NCBI GenBank assembly: GCA_947311605.1
Contig: CAMZLC010000058.1
Coordinates: forward strand, 4,707 to 68,706
DNA length: 64,000 nucleotides
Direction of reading: 5' to 3'
DNA from: an uncultured Sulfurovum sp.
GTDB taxonomy: Bacteria > Campylobacterota > Campylobacteria > Campylobacterales > Sulfurovaceae
Of the stretch, positions 34,319 through 44,621 are shown piece by piece (the stretch's first letter is position 1; the number at the start of each line of letters is the position of its first letter). The notes under the pieces were generated by a model, which was not told where the DNA came from, searched no databases, and worked only from the letters and a program-made list of their open reading frames with translations. The translations under genes and the position numbers were made by a program.

Positions 34319-35305
34319 TCACTTCTTCCCAAAAACTACTGGAATCATTGAAATATAACTCCGTGCTCGAGAAAACGATGAAGAGAAATCAAAAGTGACC
34401 AACCCTTTGGCGAGCCAGAGAAAGGCTTTAAAAAAACTGGTGAAGACCAGCATTCCCCTCAAAAGTATTGTCTTCACAAAACCATAATGCTTTGAATAAA
34501 AGTAAATAATACTTCTGGTATATTGCTGTGCACCCCATACACTTAGCGCATTTTTCTGTATTTTTTGCCTTTGCTTACTGCTTTGTCCTCTAAAATGTCC
34601 TATGAGAACTCCAGGCAAATAAAAAATCCTTGACCCAGCCTTTTTACATCTGTAACACCAGTCAATATCTTCACAATACATGAAAATAGATTCATCCAGT
34701 AACCCTATCTCATCAATAGCATCCCGACGAATCATCAAACACGCACCAGTAACCCAATCCACAACATGGGGTTCAACTCGAATGTCCCATGTTCTTTGGT
34801 ATGATGCCCAAAACCTGGATTCAGGAAAAACACGATCGAGATAGACTAAATTCCAGAATAGTGGCATTAAAGTAGGAAAAGATCGAGCTGATGTTTCCAC
34901 TTTTTTTGTCTCAGGATGACATAACCTGGGGCCGCAGATACCTGCCTTTTCATGTCTATCCATAAAAGCAACCATCGTATCAAATGTACCAGGATAAACC
35001 AGGGTATCAGGATTCAACAATACAATATACTTTCCATTGCTGACTTTAATAGCACTGTTATTTCCCTTTGCAAATCCACAATTATCTGGATTTTTAACAA
35101 ACCGAATATCGGGAAATGACAAAACTGCCATCTCTGCACTCCCATCGGTTGAATTGTTGTCGATTAGTATTATTTCAAATGAAATTGATAAATTAGCGTT
35201 GTAAACTGAAGCGATACATTCCCTAATAAAGTCTTTGCCATTCCAATTAAGGATACAGATAGAAAGAACAGGCTGGTTCATACTATTTAGAGCCTTGTTT
35301 ATCAT
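34319..35305 (-). CDS. GT2 glycosyltransferase (WbbL/rhamnosyltransferase-like) with a C-terminal hydrophobic tail
   Basis: LSICILNWNGKDFIRECIASV...IILIDNNSTDGS...LLNPD...EDIDWCYR. An alternative ATG at 35281 lies 1 nt after the upstream stop. Confidence 0.8.
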   Translation of the reverse strand: MINKALNSMNQPVLSICILNWNGKDFIRECIASVYNANLSISFEIILIDNNSTDGSAEMAVLSFPDIRFVKNPDNCGFAKGNNSAIKVSNGKYIVLLNPDTLVYPGTFDTMVAFMDRHEKAGICGPRLCHPETKKVETSARSFPTLMPLFWNLVYLDRVFPESRFWASYQRTWDIRVEPHVVDWVTGACLMIRRDAIDEIGLLDESIFMYCEDIDWCYRCKKAGSRIFYLPGVLIGHFRGQSSKQRQKIQKNALSVWGAQQYTRSIIYFYSKHYGFVKTILLRGMLVFTSFFKAFLWLAKGLVTFDFSSSFSRARSYISMIPVVFGKK

Positions 35306-37412
35306 GTACCACTGATACTGACTCGATAGTACCTAAACCACCGAAATGTCCATAGCCGGAGGCAAGAAAGAAAAGCTTTTTGCTTGCCATATCTTTCAGC
35401 CATTTAATCTCAACAATCTGTTCTCTGATGTTTTTGGAATAACGTGAAGCAGGGTCGGGATCATCACTCTTAAGCATGATTAAAAAATCATTATCTCTGG
35501 AAGCCACTAATCGCTTAATAGAATCACCACGAAAAAGAAACCGTATTTTTACAGTGTCACCTGCCGTTATATTATGAAAAGAAACCACAGAAGCATCACG
35601 ATAAATAGAAGGCGTATCATACTCAATGGGAAGGTATTTATCTGCAATCATCTTATCAAAACCATTGAAGATGAGAATGGGCGCAATCACCTGCTCTAAA
35701 AAACATTTAGATACTGTTGAGAAAATAGAAGGAAGTACCTGATAATTATTTTCTTCTATCCATTTCTCCATATTATCTGTTAGCTGAGAGTGGCTTCCTT
35801 GCTTTCCATCAATCAGACAGCTGACAGCTTTCCTACCGTTAAAGCGTCCATTAAACACTATTGTCTTATCTTTAAGAGGAGCTAAATCAGAGTTAAAAGG
35901 ACCAACATCATCGCTGGTTACAAGTGGAGAAAACAATAATGTTTGTTGTAAATCATTAAGTACTGAAACCTTTGCGCCGCTTAAAACCCGAAGATATAGT
36001 GCTGTATAAGGATCAGTTAGATAAACACCTTTGGACTGAGTCGTGCTTCGGACAATATCCAAAAGCATAAAAAATGGCCCGGAACGATACACTGAGAGTA
36101 AGGCCTGACGAGGGAGGATTGTAAGAGAATGAAAAAACATCATTAAAAACAGCAAAACAATTATACAAACATCCAAACCTTTCCTGTTGTACCGAATTTT
36201 AGTGGAAAAAAAGACCAGTAAAACAATAAGGGGAATTTCATAACTAATTATTCTATTGAAATATGCTTCTTTTTGTCGTCCCTGCTTTATCCATTGTACA
36301 ACTAAATCAACTCTTTTCTCTATACGCTGCCAAAAAGTTAGTGGCTTTGTTTTTTTGATGACTCCTGTATAGACTTTAGGAGGGGGCTCTTTATAACGAA
36401 TAAAACTATTGCCAGAAAAAATAACAGCTGGAAGGGTCAAGAGAAGAGGAAACCCAACTAAAATAACCATCATTTGGATTTTCGCTTTCACAGATCGGGC
36501 AAACAACAATACGCTCAGCAACAGGATAGGGAAAACAAGCACATAGAGAATAATGAGGTTTAGATGATAGAGCCACCCCGCTACCAGCAGCCCTGCACCA
36601 AGAACAACATTAAATGAAATATCAGACGTCCGTAGTCCTTTATAAAAATATATAATCCCAGTAATAAATAATAATTTACTTTGCTGGAAAGGGTATATTC
36701 CGTGGTTAAAAAAATTCACTAAGCCAACGAACATCAATATGGCTGCAACAATTGTAACAACAAGTAGGGCATGAAGGCGACGTTGTCGGTCAGCAAAAAC
36801 CCATTCGTAAGTCTTGGTTAGAACATTTGCAAATAGCAAAAAGGCCAACAAGTAATAGATATAAAATGCGCCACCGGTGATTCCTTGAGCCAGGACGACG
36901 TTTAAAGTACCAAATGCCGGGTAGCGTGCTGCCTGCCAATAGCCAACAAGAGTCCTATATATCGGAAAAGGATTTTCCTGAAGTCCACGGTGGATATATT
37001 GCAGATTTGAAACATCATCAAAACCCAGATTATGTGTAAGAACATGCGAGAATAAAAAGACGAATACGAACAATGATATTAAAAGCTTATCTGTAATACA
37101 ACCAACTTTAACTGGTTCAATTGTGTTCGAGCCAGTTTTTGAAAACTTCTTATATAGATTTGTAATCACAAAAAGAATGGCCAAAACACCACTTAATAAC
37201 CTGACTAATAGAGCCAGGTCATATGAAGATCTGACAAATGGAGAAAGAATAATTGTCACAGTGACCAGCCATAACCATCCTGCAAAAAAGGCATCGGTAG
37301 TTGTACGACTATGGGCATTACTGCCAATTGAACAAATAAGCTTACCAGGCAACCAGAGAAACACTACAATTGAGACAACCGATAATCCTATCCCAGATAA
37401 AACAATCAACAT
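35283..37412 (-). CDS. Large polytopic membrane protein with a ~300-aa C-terminal soluble domain (possible GT-C-like)
   Basis: More than 10 hydrophobic helices in the first ~400 aa. An acidic loop (LGFDDVSNLQY) follows an early helix. I recognise no family signature. Confidence 0.5.
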   Translation of the reverse strand: MLIVLSGIGLSVVSIVVFLWLPGKLICSIGSNAHSRTTTDAFFAGWLWLVTVTIILSPFVRSSYDLALLVRLLSGVLAILFVITNLYKKFSKTGSNTIEPVKVGCITDKLLISLFVFVFLFSHVLTHNLGFDDVSNLQYIHRGLQENPFPIYRTLVGYWQAARYPAFGTLNVVLAQGITGGAFYIYYLLAFLLFANVLTKTYEWVFADRQRRLHALLVVTIVAAILMFVGLVNFFNHGIYPFQQSKLLFITGIIYFYKGLRTSDISFNVVLGAGLLVAGWLYHLNLIILYVLVFPILLLSVLLFARSVKAKIQMMVILVGFPLLLTLPAVIFSGNSFIRYKEPPPKVYTGVIKKTKPLTFWQRIEKRVDLVVQWIKQGRQKEAYFNRIISYEIPLIVLLVFFSTKIRYNRKGLDVCIIVLLFLMMFFHSLTILPRQALLSVYRSGPFFMLLDIVRSTTQSKGVYLTDPYTALYLRVLSGAKVSVLNDLQQTLLFSPLVTSDDVGPFNSDLAPLKDKTIVFNGRFNGRKAVSCLIDGKQGSHSQLTDNMEKWIEENNYQVLPSIFSTVSKCFLEQVIAPILIFNGFDKMIADKYLPIEYDTPSIYRDASVVSFHNITAGDTVKIRFLFRGDSIKRLVASRDNDFLIMLKSDDPDPASRYSKNIREQIVEIKWLKDMASKKLFFLASGYGHFGGLGTIESVSVVHDKQGSK

Positions 37413-38632
37413 GAACCTCCTAAAGCAGAGGACAAAGGCTTATTTTTCTCAGAATGAAACTTTGTTAATTTAGCTATCGTCGCGCAGGAAAGTGCTATCA
37501 TTAAAGGCTCAAGGGGTAGCCGGTATCTTATAGATCCCACGGTAATAATATGTACGCAGGTATAATAACTGAAAAATATCCAGATAACTCCTGTTTTCCT
37601 CCACTCATGACGCAGAAACCAGAGACTGGCAATACTTAAAAGAAGAATTGGTCCGAAACTCAACAAAGAAATCCATTTATAGATACCTTGATTGAACCAA
37701 TGGAAATTGGGCCATAGATGCCAGAAACGCAGAAATTTTTTCCAGCATAATTTTACAAAATTGTGTGGATGTTTCTTTATGAAATCTATTGCTTTTTTCT
37801 TTTGCCAATTATTTGTCTGAATTTCACCCATTCCTTCGGGCATGTCTTCAAGAAACTTTTTGTATCCCACTAATTCACTGGTGGTTCCACCAGAAGAATT
37901 CCAAGTATTATTTCCATCGAGCAGTACCATTCCTAAACCAGTTGAACCAACAACAAAATCTCCTAAAAGAATCTTATTACGAACGCCCCAGGGTATCATT
38001 ATTATGATAAAACCCATAAGTATCAACGTGGCTTTTTTCCATGATACTTTCATCACAAACACTTGCCAGAACCAAACAACCGGCATGAAATACATGAGTG
38101 TAGGCCGTACCAAATGGCTAAATCCCGACAAAAAACTCATCTTCCAACCACCTACTTGTTCTTTCCCTTTGAGTAGCTGTAAAAAGTAGGCTGATACCAA
38201 AAGAAGGAAAAAGGTTTCTGACAATAGTAGAGACGAATAATATATAAAAAATGGATAGACAGCAGAAATAAACCCAGCCAGAAAAAGAGAGACTCTTGAC
38301 GGTACTAACAAAAATGAAATACGACCGATAAGATAGATGTTAAAAGACGAAACCGACGCTAGTAAAATTTTACATCCAATCACCCCGGCACCAGAAAATT
38401 TAATGAATACTGCAAGTATAAATGCAGTTAAAGGCATATCATGGGCATACTTGGTACCATCGAAAAAAGTCCAGTTTTCAAGCAGGTTTGTAATTTCAGC
38501 CCAATAGCGAGGTTCGTCGAAACGCAGAACAGATGGAGATACAAAAACATACGTAAACCTTATAAGAAATCCCAACAAACAGAGAGAGATCAGCAAATGA
38601 GTATTTTTTACTGATGAAACAAAATTCTTCAT
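37406..38632 (-). CDS. GT-C fold glycosyltransferase (ArnT/PMT_2-like, polyprenyl-phosphate-sugar dependent)
   Basis: Polytopic. First-loop motif RFDEPRYWAE (the DE motif of the ArnT/PMT family). Lies directly downstream of a polyprenyl-phosphate GT2. Confidence 0.65.
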   Translation of the reverse strand: MKNFVSSVKNTHLLISLCLLGFLIRFTYVFVSPSVLRFDEPRYWAEITNLLENWTFFDGTKYAHDMPLTAFILAVFIKFSGAGVIGCKILLASVSSFNIYLIGRISFLLVPSRVSLFLAGFISAVYPFFIYYSSLLLSETFFLLLVSAYFLQLLKGKEQVGGWKMSFLSGFSHLVRPTLMYFMPVVWFWQVFVMKVSWKKATLILMGFIIIMIPWGVRNKILLGDFVVGSTGLGMVLLDGNNTWNSSGGTTSELVGYKKFLEDMPEGMGEIQTNNWQKKKAIDFIKKHPHNFVKLCWKKFLRFWHLWPNFHWFNQGIYKWISLLSFGPILLLSIASLWFLRHEWRKTGVIWIFFSYYTCVHIITVGSIRYRLPLEPLMIALSCATIAKLTKFHSEKNKPLSSALGGSC

Positions 38633-38674
38633 TAATAAACATCCAGCAAAACAATCAAAGACAATAATAATCTT

Positions 38675-39844
38675 TCATCGTACTTTTAATAAAAGAATAC
38701 CATTGAAAAAACTGGTTATAATAATTTGAAAACCTACAGCGAGAAGGGTAACTGCAGGGACTAAGACACGCATCATATGACCAGAAACTAGTGATCCAAA
38801 ACCAGTTTGACGCCATTCAAAGACGCCATATAAAATAAGCCCTCCTCCTATTAAAATCATGAACAAACCAACAATTAAAGCCTTTTCCAGAGAGATCTTC
38901 TTTGCCATTGTCACAAATCGTTTATCAAATGGCAAAAGACCGCTATTTATAGCGAATTGTTTGGCAAGAAAAGCAAAAGCAACAGTTTGAAAACCGAGAA
39001 TAATAGCACAACTGGATAGAAGTAATGTGTGAATGTCAAAAGTTACATTGCCAATTTTCAGTGGCCCGGGAAGCAATACAGCTTGCACGAAAACACCTAA
39101 TGCAATCAGACATATTCCGGGAATAAAAAAAAGCCATTTTGGGCTATACATAAGCAAAAATCGAAGATGCCGCCAACCATCACGCCAACTTCTTAAATGG
39201 GGTGAACGACTCCTTCCATCGGGATGTAAGAAAATCGGGACTTCAGCAAGACGAAGCTTATTAAGAGTAGCTTTAACTACCATTTCACTTGCAAATTCCA
39301 TCCCAGTGGTATGAAGATCCAAGGCTAATATAGCCTCCTTTCGAAATCCCCTTAGACCACAATGGAAATCACCTATTAGACTATTAAAAAAAAGCTTACC
39401 AATACCGCTTAAAACAGGATTCCCCAGATATCTGTGTAATGGCGGCATTGCTCCCGGTTTAATTCCACCAAGGAAACGATTCCCCATTACCAGATCATAT
39501 CCCGCACGAAGTTGCGTGAGAAAATCCTCAAGTTTTGAGAAATCATAGCTGTCATCAGCATCTGCCATGACGATAAACTTTCCCCTCGCCTCAAGAAAAC
39601 CTCCCATCAAAGCACTTCCATACCCTTTTTCAGGAACTGCGACAACTCTGGCGCCATGTTGTTTGGCAATTTTCTGGGAGCCATCGGTGCTGCCGTTATC
39701 GGCTATTACAACCTCACCTGCGACATGGTTGCGATTTAGAAAGTCTTTAGCCTTTTCAATGCAAATCGCTAATGTTTCGGCCTCATCGAGACACGGCATT
39801 ACGATAGAAAGTTCACAAGTAGATGGTTCATTACTATTTTGCAT
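38675..39844 (-). CDS. GT2 polyprenyl-phosphate glycosyltransferase (ArnC/GtrB/DPM1-like) with C-terminal TM helices
   Basis: LSIVMPCLDEAETL...VIADNGSTDGS...MADADDSYD catalytic domain, followed by about four hydrophobic helices. Confidence 0.75.
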   Translation of the reverse strand: MQNSNEPSTCELSIVMPCLDEAETLAICIEKAKDFLNRNHVAGEVVIADNGSTDGSQKIAKQHGARVVAVPEKGYGSALMGGFLEARGKFIVMADADDSYDFSKLEDFLTQLRAGYDLVMGNRFLGGIKPGAMPPLHRYLGNPVLSGIGKLFFNSLIGDFHCGLRGFRKEAILALDLHTTGMEFASEMVVKATLNKLRLAEVPIFLHPDGRSRSPHLRSWRDGWRHLRFLLMYSPKWLFFIPGICLIALGVFVQAVLLPGPLKIGNVTFDIHTLLLSSCAIILGFQTVAFAFLAKQFAINSGLLPFDKRFVTMAKKISLEKALIVGLFMILIGGGLILYGVFEWRQTGFGSLVSGHMMRVLVPAVTLLAVGFQIIITSFFNGILLLKVR

Positions 39845-39915
39845 AAAGGATAATCTCTTTTATTAATTCACTACGTTCTCATGGAATAAACTATTGTTTA
39901 CCCGGAAGCATTTCC

Positions 39916-41082
39916 TCATTGCACTTCAAGGGTTTTGGTAGAATCTGCATTGCATTCTATAATTCGTAACCACTCGGCTAGAACAGCTTCTGGTGCGTAT
40001 ATTTTTGCTCGTTGCCTGGCCTTTTGTGAGAAATGTTCGTACTTTTCGTTATCCTCAAGGAGTTCTACAATACTTTCAGCAACTGAATGCTCAACTTCCA
40101 ACACATTATTTTCGTGAATATCGGCAAGTAGTACTCCATATTCAGAGTCTTCAAGAATTTCCCTGGGACCGGTCTCACAATCTGTGGATATAACTGGAAC
40201 GCCTAACAGTAAAGATTCTATCACTATGGTGGGAATCCCCTCAAAAAGTGACGTCAAAACAAACAGTTTAGCCCTTCGGAGATACTTATAAGGATTTTCC
40301 TGAAAACCTAAAAAATGAACTGAGGAACTTAACCCCAGATCCTGAACCTGATGTTTTAAGTCATCTTCCAGATTTCCACGGCCAATGATAACTAATTGAA
40401 GTTCATCTATTGACTCTCTGGCTATTTTAAAACTATTGATTAAGTGTTGCTGCCCTTTTTGTCGATTGAGATTGGCGATGTTGATAATGACGGGGTGATC
40501 AAAAACCGGTAACAACTCGCATGGAATCCCATCTTGCGAAGACGTAACAACGCTAGAATAATCATATACATTACACAGACATACAACCTTACTCTCCGGG
40601 ATTTTATAAAAATCAACAAGATCCTTCGCTATATTTTTTGAGATAGCCACTACCTTATCAGCACGCCTGTATAGGAAATATACCAGCAATTTATATATTC
40701 TGTTGTACCATCCACTTGCCAGCGAACGCTGTATGTCAACCTGAACAGCTAAAATTGTTCTCTTTTTAGGAACCAGCACATTGATAATGTTTGCGACCTC
40801 TCCGAAACTAACAACAGTTTCGATTTTGTTACTTCTAATGTGTTGTCTTAGTTTCCTGATCCTTTTAAAAAAATTGAATAAACGTGCCACATGATTAACT
40901 GTCTTCTTACCACTTATATCAAGGTCAATCTCTTTACCGCGAAATGGAAATCCAGGACTCTCTGTACCAAAATATAAGATTTCGTGCTGAATATTGGATG
41001 GCAAAACCATAGAAAAATTAGACATACACTTTTGCATACCACCTTTAGACATATGAGCGACTAAAAATGCTATCTTATTCAT
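39916..41082 (-). CDS. GT4 glycosyltransferase
   Basis: LTSLFEGIPTIVIESLLLGVPVISTDCETGPREILEDSEYGVLL. Confidence 0.85.
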   Translation of the reverse strand: MNKIAFLVAHMSKGGMQKCMSNFSMVLPSNIQHEILYFGTESPGFPFRGKEIDLDISGKKTVNHVARLFNFFKRIRKLRQHIRSNKIETVVSFGEVANIINVLVPKKRTILAVQVDIQRSLASGWYNRIYKLLVYFLYRRADKVVAISKNIAKDLVDFYKIPESKVVCLCNVYDYSSVVTSSQDGIPCELLPVFDHPVIINIANLNRQKGQQHLINSFKIARESIDELQLVIIGRGNLEDDLKHQVQDLGLSSSVHFLGFQENPYKYLRRAKLFVLTSLFEGIPTIVIESLLLGVPVISTDCETGPREILEDSEYGVLLADIHENNVLEVEHSVAESIVELLEDNEKYEHFSQKARQRAKIYAPEAVLAEWLRIIECNADSTKTLEVQ

Positions 41083-41977
41083 TCTGATTTTCCATCATAA
41101 TTGAAACTCCATCAGCAAGATCAATTTCAGGCTGCCAATTTGCCATATTGCAGAAACGAGAAGAATCAATTTTCCAACAACTTGTATCCCATGACGGGGA
41201 AAAAGCATTTACAATTTTTATTCCCCTTCCCGTTAAATGTTCAACAATGTTAAGTAACTGCTCTATGGAATATGACTTACCATAGCTAATATTGAAAACG
41301 CCGGTAACCTTGTGATCAATAATGTACTTCAGTGCTTTTACAAAATCGGAATAAAATAGATAATCTTTCTGCGCCTTACCATCACCCCAAATTGTAAACG
41401 CTTTACCGGTCAAGGCCGCTTTTAAAAGATAGGGGATAATTCCCTGCTGGTCATTTTCTCTTGAACAAAAACCATACAGATTTGATATTCGAAGAATAGT
41501 ATAGTCAAAACCAACTCTTTCAGCTGTTTGAATGATAAGTTGTTCAGCATGCAATTTGGCTAAACCATACATACAGTTCGGTGTCAGTCTGCTGTCTTCG
41601 TTGAATATGCCTTGCCCTGAACCATAAATGGTCCCTGCAGAAGAAAAGAAAATAAGATGGATTTTGTTCCCAGGGACAAGCTGTACAGCATTCAGAATCT
41701 TGCATAAAAGGGGTATGTCCGTCATCCATTCAAGACCTGGCGACTCTTCTGATGTTTTAGGGACACTACTCCATGCGAGGTGCAAAATAGTATCATTCTC
41801 TCCTAACACACCTGGCAAAAACATGTCATTCAAGGCAATAGTAGTCGCATTCCCTATCCTGGATACTCTCACTATATCACGGTAGTCATCAGAGACTAGT
41901 TCAGGGTATAAAGCACTGGCGATTCTCCCCCCTGCACCAGTCAAAAATATTTTATTCTGCTTTGTACTCATTAACAT
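41075..41977 (-). CDS. NAD-dependent sugar epimerase/reductase (SDR family)
   Basis: IFLTGAGGRIASAL (Rossmann fold), SSAGTIYG, and the YxxxK triad in MYGLAKLHAE. Confidence 0.8.
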   Translation of the reverse strand: MLMSTKQNKIFLTGAGGRIASALYPELVSDDYRDIVRVSRIGNATTIALNDMFLPGVLGENDTILHLAWSSVPKTSEESPGLEWMTDIPLLCKILNAVQLVPGNKIHLIFFSSAGTIYGSGQGIFNEDSRLTPNCMYGLAKLHAEQLIIQTAERVGFDYTILRISNLYGFCSRENDQQGIIPYLLKAALTGKAFTIWGDGKAQKDYLFYSDFVKALKYIIDHKVTGVFNISYGKSYSIEQLLNIVEHLTGRGIKIVNAFSPSWDTSCWKIDSSRFCNMANWQPEIDLADGVSIMMENQNE

Positions 41978-42103
41978 CAGGATAAAACAAGTTTACCTTT
42001 CTATTTATTTTTCGTGGGTATCTTATAATCGTCTTCAATGGAATGGAACCGAAGACTGCATCATCAGCAGATTAGACAAAAGCGCAAGAATATCTGTTGA
42101 CCG

Positions 42104-42131
42104 ACAAAAACGCAACATTTCTTTATGTTGC
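42104..42131 (-). terminator. Rho-independent terminator candidate (minus strand)
   Basis: The minus strand reads GCAACAT-AAAGAA-ATGTTGC (perfect 7-bp stem, 6-nt loop, 42112..42131) followed by GTTTTTGT. It lies ~115 nt downstream of the stop at 42245 in a 267-nt gap. Confidence 0.45.
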
Positions 42132-42244
42132 TAGTACTTGGTATTACCCTTCATTCCCACACACTATTACATTTTTTATGGAAAAGAACTTTTTTCCTTA
42201 TCAAAAAAACCGGAAAAAGTATTACCACAATGAGGTTATGTCCT

Positions 42245-43393
42245 TTAAAGAGAATTGTACAAGGTAACATATTGATTTGCCACGTTTTCAATGGAATACT
42301 TCTGAACTGCTTTTCGTGCATCTTCTTCCATTTTCCGACGTAGCACAGAATCTTCAATTACGGTTAAAATTCCTTTGGCAAGGCTTTCAGAGTCTTCCGA
42401 TGGTACAACAATCCCATTCTTGCCATTTTCAATGATAACTGCATTGCCTCCAACATCAGTTACAACAGATGGCAAGCCGTACATTCCTGCTTCCAGTAAG
42501 GCATTAGACAACCCCTCAGCCACAGAAGGAAGAACGAAAATATCTGCAACCTGGTAAAATCGTGAGATATTTTCCCGATTTAAGAATATCTTTATAGTAT
42601 CTTTGTGGCTTTTTAAAAAATCATCAAATTCTGCTGGAACTTCAGTTCCACCGACTGAAAGCAAATAAGCCTGTGGATAATAATGCGTTATCTCATTCCA
42701 GGCATCAAATAAATACTGAACCCCTTTAATCCCTAAAAATGTTCCAACTCTAAGAATTACAATTGCCTTCAAAGGAAGACCAAGTTGCATTTTTATAGCT
42801 TGTTTTTCTTTTTGAGTTATAGATTGTGTTCTTTCGACTCCATTTGGAATAGCAGCAATTTTGTCTTCAGTCACCCCCCATGAAACCAATTCAGAAGAAA
42901 TTGAAGGAGCAATACTGATTATTTTGTCCGCATGATACATTGAACGGATAATAAAACGGTTAAATGGGAACCGGCCATTTTCCAATAAATACAAGGGATC
43001 AAAATACTTACCACTACTCGCCATTTTTATTATAACAGGTTTTTGTAATAGTTTTGCAGCAACCACTGCCCCCAAAGTTGGTTCATGTAACATATGTATA
43101 TGAAGAACATCAAATTCTTGCCGATGTCTAAGTAAATATACAAACCAATACATAACAGCTAGTTCAAATGGCCTTATGTGAGGAATACGCCGAATTGGAA
43201 CAGTATCAAGAGTCTCACTTGAGAGTGTATCCGGATCTATTTTCCTGGTTATGACAGTAACCTCAATTCCCTGAGCAATTAATTCTTTAGACAACTTCAG
43301 GCATTGTCTTTCGGCGCCTCCAACATGTGGGTAAAAATTGGGCAATAACATCCACACTCTTTTTTTTCTTTCAGGGTCACTCATAATTTTCAT
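42245..43393 (-). CDS. GT4 glycosyltransferase
   Basis: LPNFYPHVGGAERQ at the N-terminus. LPSVAEGLSNALLEAGMYGLPSVVTDVGGNAVIIENGKNGIVVP. Confidence 0.85.
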   Translation of the reverse strand: MKIMSDPERKKRVWMLLPNFYPHVGGAERQCLKLSKELIAQGIEVTVITRKIDPDTLSSETLDTVPIRRIPHIRPFELAVMYWFVYLLRHRQEFDVLHIHMLHEPTLGAVVAAKLLQKPVIIKMASSGKYFDPLYLLENGRFPFNRFIIRSMYHADKIISIAPSISSELVSWGVTEDKIAAIPNGVERTQSITQKEKQAIKMQLGLPLKAIVILRVGTFLGIKGVQYLFDAWNEITHYYPQAYLLSVGGTEVPAEFDDFLKSHKDTIKIFLNRENISRFYQVADIFVLPSVAEGLSNALLEAGMYGLPSVVTDVGGNAVIIENGKNGIVVPSEDSESLAKGILTVIEDSVLRRKMEEDARKAVQKYSIENVANQYVTLYNSL

Positions 43394-43848
43394 TTTTGAC
43401 TTCTAAGCACATGCTTATCAGAACGAAATGTCCATAAGTTATTAAGAATAAAAGTGTAGAAAGGTATTACTACAACAGTAGTTAACAGAGCAAAAACATA
43501 CCAACAAGACAATATATTTACCAAAAAATATGTGATCGCTAGATTAAGAATAAACCCACTAAATGACACTAAAACAAACTTCAGCAGCGAAGTTTGCCAT
43601 GCGTCAGAAGAATCGAATACCCAAATTTTATTTAATACAAAAGAAATAACAAAAATAATGGAAAAACTTATGGTGATGGCAAAAATGGGATCCATCCCTC
43701 CCCATTCAACACCCGCTATAACCAGAAGCATATATAATGAGGTTGTGCTACCTCCAACTAGAATGAATTTGAAGAGTTTCCCAACAAAAGGATCATTATA
43801 CCTCATCCGACTTACTTTTAATTTATAATAGTTAATTTCGCTTCTCAT
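43390..43848 (-). CDS. GtrA-family membrane protein (polyprenyl-phosphate-sugar handling)
   Basis: Four helices. KFILVGGSTTSLYMLL...LNKIWVF...FILNNLWTFR, the typical GtrA pattern. The start may be the internal ATG at 43806. Confidence 0.75.
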   Translation of the reverse strand: MRSEINYYKLKVSRMRYNDPFVGKLFKFILVGGSTTSLYMLLVIAGVEWGGMDPIFAITISFSIIFVISFVLNKIWVFDSSDAWQTSLLKFVLVSFSGFILNLAITYFLVNILSCWYVFALLTTVVVIPFYTFILNNLWTFRSDKHVLRSQK

Positions 43849-43877
43849 CGGGGTTATCCCAAATTAACTGACTAGCC

Positions 43878-44606
43878 CTAAAGCCTATTCCGACTAAAAG
43901 CTCTACACTTTTTCAGATCTGGTTTTTTACACGAATAAAACTGATACAGAGATAATGATTTACTCACTCCTAAAACCCGACAAGAAACACTCCTGAAGAA
44001 ATAGTTAAGAACTTCTTCAATCTCTTTGGCCGTGTTAACATGTTCATGTCCCATCAATATACCGTATTCTAGCCCATACTTTAATTTGAATTCTATCCCC
44101 GTTGTACATTGCCAACCCAACCGCCATAACAATGTACCTTCACTTGGAATAGATACTCTTACAACGCCCTCTGGGTTCAACATGGTACCACATTTCGCCA
44201 CGACTTCAGGTAACTCACAAATATGTTCAAATGCTGCAATTGAAGTAATTCTATCGTACTTCATATTTACAGGCAATGATTGGATAGTGTGATATATATG
44301 TCGTACTCGATGAAGGAATTCAGAATTTTTGTATAATTCTTGAAAAGGTTCAACAATATCATACGGACCGATATCGGACTCATAGGGCAGTTGGTTTAAA
44401 TTCCCTGCACCAATTTCAAGAGTTGCCTTATTGTTATTTTTCAATATCGCATCACTAGCAACCTGTTTATGTAACCACGATTCCATTTTCTGAGCCAAAG
44501 AAGAGGCAGGACTGCCACCTGAACGATTACGTTTATAGTGTTCAGAATAAATCTTCTTAAACTCCTCGGGTAATTCGGGACGTTTTTTGGGGAAATTTTC
44601 AAACAT
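43878..44606 (-). CDS. Class I SAM-dependent methyltransferase
   Basis: Motif I ATLEIGAGNLN, then YDRITSIAAFEHI and LNPEGVVRVSIP. Confidence 0.7.
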   Translation of the reverse strand: MFENFPKKRPELPEEFKKIYSEHYKRNRSGGSPASSLAQKMESWLHKQVASDAILKNNNKATLEIGAGNLNQLPYESDIGPYDIVEPFQELYKNSEFLHRVRHIYHTIQSLPVNMKYDRITSIAAFEHICELPEVVAKCGTMLNPEGVVRVSIPSEGTLLWRLGWQCTTGIEFKLKYGLEYGILMGHEHVNTAKEIEEVLNYFFRSVSCRVLGVSKSLSLYQFYSCKKPDLKKCRAFSRNRL

Positions 44607-44621
44607 AATATTGCCAGTGAG

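Noticed and set aside
42125-42357. Two overlapping small ORFs (72 aa plus strand, 68 aa minus strand) at the 3' end of the GT4 gene and in the gap
   Set aside because: They overlap each other, the end of 42245-43393 and the terminator region. The composition is Phe/Leu/Ile-rich, as expected from translating AT-rich non-coding DNA.
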